Assembly (NCBI GenBank): GCA_963787255.1
Contig: CAWBCJ010000025.1
Coordinates: forward strand, 288,001 to 352,000
DNA from: Methanobacteriota archaeon
Lineage (GTDB): Archaea; Methanobacteriota; Methanobacteria; Methanobacteriales; Methanobacteriaceae
DNA: 64,000 nt
Direction of reading: 5' to 3'
Shown here in pieces: positions 56,056 to 64,000 of the stretch. Every line of letters begins with the position of its first letter. Position 1 is the stretch's first letter. Under the pieces are notes generated by a model. That model had not been told where the DNA came from. It saw nothing but the letters and a program-made list of their open reading frames with translations, and did no database searches. Both the position numbers and the translations under genes were made by a program.

Positions 56056-56409
56056 ATGATAGATTGGAAAGCTGTAACAATAGGTTTTATTGTTTCTCTT
56101 GTACTTGGAATATTAATTAGCTTTGTTATTCCGGTAATTGGTGGAATGATATCAACACTTGCCGCAGGTATTCTTGTTGGGTACATGGTTAATGACAGCA
56201 TAAGTAATGGAGCCTTAAATGCTGCAGTAATGGGACTTTTAGGAGGATTAATTGAGTCAGTGGTTATTCTAATAGCTGGCGTTGCTCTTGCAGGGATTGC
56301 TGGTCTTTTAATTGCAAGTCTAGGAGTTGTTGTGATTGCATTACTAACATTAATCCATATCGTTATCGCCGCAGTTGGCGGAGCAGTTGGATCTGCAATA
56401 AAAAGTTGA
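56056..56409 (+). CDS. DUF5518-type small membrane protein
   Basis: MIDWKAV start; Gly/Ala-rich TMs; GGAGG SD. Confidence 0.8.
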   Translation: MIDWKAVTIGFIVSLVLGILISFVIPVIGGMISTLAAGILVGYMVNDSISNGALNAAVMGLLGGLIESVVILIAGVALAGIAGLLIASLGVVVIALLTLIHIVIAAVGGAVGSAIKS

Positions 56410-56707
56410 TTATTCACTAAGTACTATTTCTTTTAATCTTTTTTTCACTAAGCTGTGGATAAATAGAAATTCAAGTTAACATCTGCAAAAAGCAACTAGA
56501 ATTTCAGTTTTAAAATAAAAATAAGATATAAATGAAGAATATTTATTGAACCGAATCAAGCTATTTTGACCGCAATTTCAGCTAAAAAAATATTATAATT
56601 AAATAGGCACTAAACCATGATACAAAACAAGTATTTTTTTTTATTAATAAGTATTATTTCTTTTAAAAAAATTATAAAAAAAGATGTATATTATTTATGT
56701 TACATCT

Positions 56708-57928
56708 TTAGTCTTTAGTAAGGAATCGTTCTACAAATTTCGCGTAAACTGGTCGTGTGATAAATATTCCTATTAACACACCAAGAATTGTAGTGAATGC
56801 GAAACCGGAAAGAATTCCTATTCCTGTATAACCTCTTGAAAATCCTACATAAGCTAAAGGAAGCATTGCAGCGATTAAAGTTGCAGCAGAAGCGAATATA
56901 ATGAAGAAAGCTCCTTTAATTTTTACTTTCATTCTTGTCCTGCTTCGTCTACCTTTTTGCTTTTTATCTCCTTTAAGAACCTCATCGGTTATAATAATCT
57001 GATCGTCTACGCCCGTACCAATTGCAGCTAAGATACCTGCTATGGCTGCTAAATCTATATTCCACCTTACAACTGATGCAACACCTAATATTAGAATAAG
57101 TTCTGCAATACTGGTGGCAATAATTGGAAGAACCAGCATAGGATTCCTGTATCTAATGAATATAATAACAGAAACCACAATCAAAGCTAGTAAACCAGCT
57201 ATTAAAGCACCATTCTGGAACTGTTCTCCAAGTTCTGCAGATACACTGCTTATTCCTACAATTTGAACCTTAACCGGTAATGCACCTGACTGTAGAATTG
57301 TTTGAATAGATTTTGCCTGATTTTCTGCTTCCAGTTTTGTAGCTTCTGAACCTGAAACTTCAACATCTGTAGTTGGTACACCATTTGCAAGTCCTTCACT
57401 TAGACTTGGTGATGAAACAAGTTTGTCGTCAAGATACATGTCTACAGGAGCTCCAGCTTGTCCTTTTGCAACCTGTGCAAACCTATTTGCGCCTTCTACT
57501 GATACTTTGAATGGAACACTCCATTGAGTTCCAGTAACTTGATAGGGACTAACAGTTACAATATCTGAACCAGTTAATGCAGTTTGATTATTTATCTTAG
57601 CCTCGAATTTACCCGGCGTCCCTACAATATTTGCAACTTCTTCAGGTTTAACACCAGCAATCTCAACAATTACATCCTGATTTCCACTTGCTCGGACTTT
57701 CACGTCTTTTACACCAAACGCGTTAAGCCGTTTATCCAATACAGTTGTGACCTTGCTCATGGTGTCTTGATCAACTGGCTGATCTAAATGTATTTGAATT
57801 ATAGAACCGCCCCTTAAATCAAGACCTTGCTGTATCCCATAAGCTGAAATTGCAGCTAAACTTCCAATTACAAGAACGATAAGCAGAATTACTCGATAAT
57901 CCTTTAAGAAATCCATTATGTCACTCAT
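56708..57928 (-). CDS. secD: Protein translocase subunit SecD
   Basis: [15 protein letters not shown] and [10 protein letters not shown] motifs. Confidence 0.95.
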   Translation of the reverse strand: MSDIMDFLKDYRVILLIVLVIGSLAAISAYGIQQGLDLRGGSIIQIHLDQPVDQDTMSKVTTVLDKRLNAFGVKDVKVRASGNQDVIVEIAGVKPEEVANIVGTPGKFEAKINNQTALTGSDIVTVSPYQVTGTQWSVPFKVSVEGANRFAQVAKGQAGAPVDMYLDDKLVSSPSLSEGLANGVPTTDVEVSGSEATKLEAENQAKSIQTILQSGALPVKVQIVGISSVSAELGEQFQNGALIAGLLALIVVSVIIFIRYRNPMLVLPIIATSIAELILILGVASVVRWNIDLAAIAGILAAIGTGVDDQIIITDEVLKGDKKQKGRRSRTRMKVKIKGAFFIIFASAATLIAAMLPLAYVGFSRGYTGIGILSGFAFTTILGVLIGIFITRPVYAKFVERFLTKD

Positions 57929-58767
57929 CTGCGACCACTCTCCATGTACCATCTAAGAATTCCAAGATTCATGAGCCAAGTAGCCAGAACGTCAGCTACA
58001 AGTCCAATAATCAAAACAGCTGCAATATTTGACAGTGCTTCAGCAGAAGGGATGAAAAATACAGTTACAATGTATAACGCTGCCATTGCACCAATAGCTG
58101 CAGCAGCCATGGTTAAACCTGTTTTCATCGCATCCAATGCTCTTTCTGTGATTGTTCCTTCTCTACGTTTTAATACACGAGTTGTAAGCAAAATATCTGT
58201 ATCCACACTATAACCAATAAGCAGAAGCAGTCCACCTACAGATGCAAGTGAAAGAGGAATTCCAAATAAAGACATTCCAGCAGCTGCAATAATAATATCA
58301 GATAATGCAGCAAATATAACCGCCAATGAAGGCACCAAATTCCGGAATATTATAAATACAGTAATAGACATGAATATAAAGGCAATAGCCAATGCCCAAT
58401 AAACCTGATTTAATGCTTGCGCGCTTAAAACCGGACCAATAGATCTATAACTCGCTATTGATGCCGTTCCATTTAAAATTTTAGTAAATGTTACAACATC
58501 AGTGGCCCCTCCAATTGTTAAAGTTGCAGTAGTGCCGTTAAAATTGTTTATAGTCACTTCATTTGTATTGAGCCCATTTTCAATTAGGCCTTCAAGTTGA
58601 GATTGATCTATAGGTTTTTCAAGATTTATAGTAGTTATAGTACCTCCCTTTAAATCAATCCCCTGATTTAAACCATTAAATGCAAGAATAGCCAATGCAA
58701 GAATAGTTATAATAACTGGAATTGCAATCAATGGTTTATAAGACTCCATTATCTGTTCTATTTTCAT
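57925..58767 (-). CDS. secF: Protein translocase subunit SecF
   Basis: GIDLKGG and [11 protein letters not shown] motifs; overlaps secD by 4 nt. Confidence 0.95.
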   Translation of the reverse strand: MKIEQIMESYKPLIAIPVIITILALAILAFNGLNQGIDLKGGTITTINLEKPIDQSQLEGLIENGLNTNEVTINNFNGTTATLTIGGATDVVTFTKILNGTASIASYRSIGPVLSAQALNQVYWALAIAFIFMSITVFIIFRNLVPSLAVIFAALSDIIIAAAGMSLFGIPLSLASVGGLLLLIGYSVDTDILLTTRVLKRREGTITERALDAMKTGLTMAAAAIGAMAALYIVTVFFIPSAEALSNIAAVLIIGLVADVLATWLMNLGILRWYMESGRR

Positions 58768-58777
58768 TAAACCACCT

Positions 58778-59272
58778 TTATGATTCATAAATTTTTAAAT
58801 CCATTTCTTCAATTATTCTCTTTACTTCATTATTTATTTCATACATTTGCTTACCAGCAGTTTTTATTAAAAAGGAAGTTACCATTCTTCCTCCTCTTAC
58901 TTCAATTTTTTCTTTCATTCTTTCAATTGTTTTTCCGCCACCGGATCCTCCAAGGGTAGCAAATAATATTACATCTTTACCTTGAAAATTACATTTATCT
59001 ATAAGCGAGATTATAGCTGGCGAAGGTTTCCCAGCCCATACTGGAGTTCCCACATATACCAGGCCGTAAGGGCTTAGATCAACTGATGAAGGGCTTATTT
59101 TAGTCTTATTTTCTCTAAATGCATCTACCGATGCGTTTATATAATTTAAAGTACTGTTTCTGGACTTTAAATCCTTTATTTCTATTATATCTGCTTCAAG
59201 TTCTTTGGCAAGAGTTCTTGCAGCTTCAGCAGTCTTTCCTGTTCTAGAATAATAAAGAATTATGGTTTTCAT
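58778..59272 (-). CDS. Flavodoxin-family protein
   Basis: YYSRTGKT and GTPVWAG motifs. Confidence 0.9.
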   Translation of the reverse strand: MKTIILYYSRTGKTAEAARTLAKELEADIIEIKDLKSRNSTLNYINASVDAFRENKTKISPSSVDLSPYGLVYVGTPVWAGKPSPAIISLIDKCNFQGKDVILFATLGGSGGGKTIERMKEKIEVRGGRMVTSFLIKTAGKQMYEINNEVKRIIEEMDLKIYES

Positions 59273-59418
59273 TAAAATACACCAATTTTTGTATTAATTT
59301 ATTTGTATATTAAAATTATCGTATTAGAGTCTAAAGAATTATTTTACATATCATATATACTTAAATTTTTCAAATCTATATAAAAAATTTAATATATATT
59401 ATGAAAGTTTTTCAAGCT

Positions 59419-60429
59419 TTATGGATGCAGTCCTACGATATCTATAGATTCTTTTTCTGGAAATCCAAACATTATATTCATATTTTGAATAGCCTGCCCT
59501 GATGCTCCTTTAACCAGATTATCAATTGCAGATACAACAACAATTCTTCCATTAATGTCTATCTGGAAGCATCCGATGTCACAGTAATTTGAACCTCTAA
59601 CTGCACTTAATCTAGGTATTTCATCAAGATCTAATATCCTTACGAACGGTTCTCCTTTATAAAATACTTTATAAGCTTCTTGGACTTGTTCAGATGTTAC
59701 ATCTTCCTTTAAAAAAGTGTGAACAGTGGTTAAAATACCTCGAATTACCGGTACAAGATGTGGAGTGAATGAAACTTTAACATCTCCTAATTTAGATACT
59801 TCCTGTTGAATTTCAGGCATGTGCCGATGGGTTGTTACAGCATAAGGAATAATATTGTCACTGCAATTCGGGAAATGAGTAATATCTGTAGGCTTAATCC
59901 CAGCACCGCTAACACCAGACTTTGAATCAACAATAACATTTTCCACTAAATTTTCCTTTGCCAGGGGCAGTGTTGCTAAAATAGCACCAGTTGGGAAACA
60001 TCCAGGATTAGCTACAAGATTAGAATTCTTTATTTCCTCACGGTAAACTTCAGGAAGTCCGTAAACAGCATCAAGAGGGGCTAAATGTTGTAACCCATAC
60101 CATTTCTCATAAATAGAGATGTCATCAAAACGATAATCACCGCTTAAATCCACTACATTAATATCTCTTTCAATTAAATCTGGGATAATGTCCATGGATG
60201 CTCCATGAGGCGTTGCAGTAAATACTAAATCCGCATCAATATTTTCCGGTGCAACATCCTTAAATTTGAGTTGTTCACCTCTTAAATGAGGATGGACCTT
60301 TGATACATTAATCCCATTATACTGCCTTGACGTTGCGGCTTTAATATTCACGCTTTGATGATTTTTTAAAAATCGCAGCAGTTCTCCTCCAGTATAACCA
60401 CTTGCTCCAATTATAGCTACATCAATCAT
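59419..60429 (-). CDS. argC: N-acetyl-gamma-glutamyl-phosphate reductase
   Basis: [22 protein letters not shown] and [11 protein letters not shown] motifs. Confidence 0.96.
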   Translation of the reverse strand: MIDVAIIGASGYTGGELLRFLKNHQSVNIKAATSRQYNGINVSKVHPHLRGEQLKFKDVAPENIDADLVFTATPHGASMDIIPDLIERDINVVDLSGDYRFDDISIYEKWYGLQHLAPLDAVYGLPEVYREEIKNSNLVANPGCFPTGAILATLPLAKENLVENVIVDSKSGVSGAGIKPTDITHFPNCSDNIIPYAVTTHRHMPEIQQEVSKLGDVKVSFTPHLVPVIRGILTTVHTFLKEDVTSEQVQEAYKVFYKGEPFVRILDLDEIPRLSAVRGSNYCDIGCFQIDINGRIVVVSAIDNLVKGASGQAIQNMNIMFGFPEKESIDIVGLHP

Positions 60430-61024
60430 ATATTCTTCACCTAAATCCTTTCTTTTGTTGAGTTTTATAATATTAATTGTGATCTAAACAATATAATAAT
60501 ATGTGAATTTTAAAAAATATATTTCATCTTTTTTATATTAAATAAGATATAGATAATCTGAATATAAAGTCAACATTTTCATTCATTTTAACCATAGAGA
60601 TTAGTTTTCAGTTAGGAAATGATTAAGATACATAATATTTGGATTTTTTTATTTTTATATAAGTTATAAATCTTTTAATGGCATTACTGTCCCAGGCATA
60701 ATCGTATGAAGATTCTTATCTGGAATTAGATGGCTTTAAATAAAAAAATTATTTATGAATATGCCTTTTTCATACCCTAACCTTTAAATTATTCTATTTT
60801 TAGTTTAAATCCCATTAATATATCTAAAGGCAATCTCTAACCTTTTAAAATATTCTATTTCACTTTAGGTATTTCATAACTTAAAGTAAGGTTAACCTTC
60901 ATCACATGATATTTCATAGTATTTTTAAAACACTTTTTTAATGCTTTAAATCAAAATCAAGCTTTTTAAAATGCTTTTTGACACTTTTTTTTTCGGAACC
61001 TTTATATAGTATGTTGACAAACTA

Positions 61025-61082
61025 CTGCCTACCCCGAAAAATACGCTTTAAGTGTATTTTTATGATTGGGGATCGGAGGCGG
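61025..61082 (+). promoter_or_regulatory. Structured 5' leader pairing with the SD
   Basis: CTGCCT/AGGCGG, CCCC/GGGG and AAAAATACGC/GTGTATTTTT nested stems; TTTATATA at 61001-61008. Confidence 0.6.
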
Positions 61083-61086
61083 TATA

Positions 61087-63239
61087 ATTACGAAGAAACT
61101 GTTATTTGTTGCTCTATTGATCGCCAGTTTATCTCTTGGCGGTATAGCCACTTCGAGCGCTGCAGAGGTAGATGCAACACAAATACAAACTTCAAATACC
61201 AACACTTTAATTAAAAATGAAAAAACTCAATCAAAAAGTGAAAATATTTCAGAAAATTCAACCAAAACGCAAAAATCGGTTGATGAAAGTGTTAAAACGG
61301 TCCAAAAGACCGATAACAAAAAACAAGTAACTACAGAAAATACGGACATAGTAAAAAATGAGGAAACTAAGACCTCTAAGAGTTCAACTATCGTTCAAAA
61401 ATCTAAAAATGTAGTTAAAACTAATGTTGCAAGTAGTTCAACAGCAAAGCAAGAGAATATTAATGATACAATTAACATTCAAAAATGCACTGTACAAAAT
61501 AACGTAGACAATAAAGTCAACGTTTGTGCTGATGAAGCTTCTGTTAAAACTAGTGAAATAACAAAAACAGCTGAAACTCAAGTACCGCTAAATAACGATA
61601 CAACAGTAACTAATTCAATTAACAATTCAATAATCAATTCAGTTAACAATTCAATAACCAATTCAGTTAACAATTCAACAAATCCAGTAAACAACCAATC
61701 TACAACTAATGATACAACAAATTATAATGAATATTATGACGCAGCTGCAGGAGACACAACCTCTCCATCAATAACCACATCTACACCAACAACAACTTTC
61801 ACCGTAGCTCAAATAAAGGACGCATCATCCAGAGTAAGAGCATACATCGAAAACAATCACCAATTACCAAGCTACGTACAAATATCAACATATCAGATTA
61901 ACATGTCCCAGTTTTTGGAAATGTTAACTTCAGCATTACTACAGATTAACAGTGGAACAAACAATCCTATAGTATGTAAAGTCATTCACTGCTCCTACAA
62001 GTCCACAAGACAACATTCGTACAGGAAATATTCCTAAATCAGAATATCTAAAGATTGCAAACGACATCAAAAACTACATGGACACTAATGGAAAAACACC
62101 AGACTACGCATACCAGACAAGTCTGGGAACATACCTTGGATACCAAAACCTGGTCTACATGTACAGCATGATCCTAGATTACCACAAAACCAGTGGTAAG
62201 ATGGCAGATTTCGCAATGATGAAACCATGGTCAGCTGTTAAGATAGCTGCATCTGGAACAGCAGGTGATCCATCTGTAGCTCCTACAACACTCACAAATG
62301 CTCCAAATGGAACATCTTTTACTGTAACTCAGATAAAAGACGCATCATCCAGAGTAAGAGCATACATCGAAAACAATAAAAAATTACCTACATCTGTGCA
62401 AATATCATCATATCAGATTAACATGTCCCAGTTTTTGGAAATGTTAACTTCAGCATTACTACAGATTAACAGTGGAACAAACAATCCTATAGTTGTAAAG
62501 TCATTCACTGCTCCTACAAGTCCACAAGACAACATTCGTACAGGAAATATTCCTAAATCAGAATACTTAAAGATTGCAAACGACATCAAAAACTACATGG
62601 ACACTAATGGAAAAACACCAGACTACGCATACAAAACAAGCCTAGGAACATACCTTGGATACCAAAACCTGGTCTACATGTACAGCATGATCCTAGATTA
62701 CCACAAAACCAGTGGTAAGATGGCAGATTTCGCAATGATGAAACCATGGTCAGTTGTACTTGGTGGATCTAGTGTTCCTGCAGATTTACAGCAATACATT
62801 GCAGCAACTGCAAACTGTCAAGTAAACGATGGTAGTATCAACGCACTGGCATATTCAATTACAGTAGGTTCAACTTCCCAATATGATAAGGCAGTAAGAA
62901 TATTTAACTGGGTAAGAGACAACTTAAGTTACTCATTCTACTACAACACCAAGTATGGTGCAGTAGGTGCAATGAATGCAAGAACAGGTAACTGTGTTGA
63001 CACAGCCCACCTTCATAGTAGCTCTTGAAAGGGCAGCTGGAATTCCAGCACGATATGAGCATCTTTATGCTCAGTTTTCAAGTGGTTCTTGGTATGGACA
63101 CGTTATTGCTCAAGTTTGGGTAGATGGTAAATGGTACAATGCAGATGGATCAAGTAATTACAATACATTTGGTGCAATAAATAACTGGAATACAGGTACA
63201 GCAACAATCTACGGAACATATGTTTCATTGCCTTTCTAG
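61087..63239 (+). CDS. Secreted pseudomurein-binding-repeat protein with C-terminal transglutaminase-like (Cys-His-Asp) domain; +1 frameshifts near 61974 and 63014
   Basis: Signal peptide; Ser/Thr/Asn-rich linker; duplicated PMBR blocks; GNCVD.AH...[10 protein letters not shown]...GH...DG motifs. Confidence 0.88.
61612..61695 (+). repeat. Imperfect 12-nt tandem repeat (AATTCARTWAAC-like) within the gene
   Basis: Encodes [27 protein letters not shown]. Confidence 0.8.
61821..62753 (+). repeat. Intragenic duplication of about 415 bp (61821-62234 versus 62341-62753)
   Basis: Near-identical nucleotide copies; offset 520 before and 519 after the extra base at 61974. Confidence 0.92.
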
Positions 63240-63427
63240 GCAAAAAGCATATACTCTTTTTTTTATTTTTTAAAAATTAATCATTAAAAATAAACTATTT
63301 ATTTAAAACTAAAAATTCTACTAATTTTATTAATCTATATATTATCATAATTTAAAGAAAAAAAAATAATTTTTATTATAAATAATATAGTTTTGAATTC
63401 CACTATTTAAAACAAAATTAAAGGAAT

Positions 63428-64000
63428 TTAAGAAGTAATCATAGTTCCTATTCCCTTTTTAGTAAATATTTCAAGTAATATTGAATGTTTTATTCTTCCA
63501 TCAATTATATGTGCTGATGAAACCCCATCTTCTATAGCTTTTATGCACGTAAAAGTTTTAGGAAGCATTCCCTCAGTAATAATTCCATTTTTTATTAGTT
63601 CCCCTATTTCATCAACCTTTATTTTTCTTAATAGAGAATCAGGATCTGTAGGGTCTTCAAGAATTCCCGGAACATCAGTTAATATAATTAACTTTTCTGA
63701 GTCAATTTTAGATGCAATATCACCCGCTACAGTATCTGCGTTTAAATTCAACGCTTCACCTTTATTATCAACACCAATAGGTGAAATTATTGGAACATAG
63801 TCATTCATAGTTAAAACATCAATAATGTCTGGATTTATGGATTTTATTTCTCCTACAAGTCCTAAGTCTACCATTTTTTCTTCGCCGGTGTCGTTATTTA
63901 CAATTACGTGAGGCGCTTTTTTATCAGCTTCTATGAGGCGGCTGTCTTTTCCAGAAAGTCCAACTCCCTTTCCACCGTGCAAGCATATTTTTGAAACAAT
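63428..64000 (-). CDS. argB: Acetylglutamate kinase (5' end outside window)
   Basis: [31 protein letters not shown] and GIGT motifs. Confidence 0.95.
   Translation of the reverse strand: MVSKICLHGGKGVGLSGKDSRLIEADKKAPHVIVNNDTGEEKMVDLGLVGEIKSINPDIIDVLTMNDYVPIISPIGVDNKGEALNLNADTVAGDIASKIDSEKLIILTDVPGILEDPTDPDSLLRKIKVDEIGELIKNGIITEGMLPKTFTCIKAIEDGVSSAHIIDGRIKHSILLEIFTKKGIGTMITS

Noticed and set aside
27-63800. Numerous antisense or overlapping ORFs in the track (e.g. 27-437, 4318-4710, 22706-23260, 46424-47713, 55989-56417)
   Set aside because: Shadow frames of well-supported genes on the opposite strand.

Overview
This is an AT-rich (about 30% GC) archaeal chromosomal segment. Gene content points to a Methanobacteriales methanogen, most likely Methanobacterium: pseudomurein-binding-repeat proteins, F420H2 oxidase FprA, thermosome, archaeal PheT and SecDF, and GGAGGTGA ribosome-binding sites. 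Housekeeping genes (MPE-Lhr, fprA, feoB, acs-satP, ths, pheT, pyrI, secDF, argC, argB) alternate with accessory patches. No rRNA, tRNA, CRISPR array or intact transposase/integrase was recognised. Main signals: (1) At 7.4-9.9 kb, four related palindromes, one a clean 11-6-11 Xer/dif-type site, bracket bacterial-type genes including a ~59% GC DUF1801 gene, suggesting a dif-site gene-capture array. (2) A 4.1 kb tetR-DUF169-MFS-dapB operon lies between 52-bp direct repeats. (3) A Firmicutes-type yhbD-bactofilin operon. (4) A divergent UbiA prenyltransferase / 7TM histidine kinase pair. (5) An SD-sequestering 5' leader with an ATT/ATA start on a pseudomurein-binding transglutaminase gene, plus two more SD-anchored ATA starts. 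(6) DtxR and TetR operators readable in the sequence. Six isolated +1 insertions and a dense indel patch at 17.4-19.1 kb most likely reflect long-read sequencing errors. All family assignments come from motif recognition by eye, not database searches.
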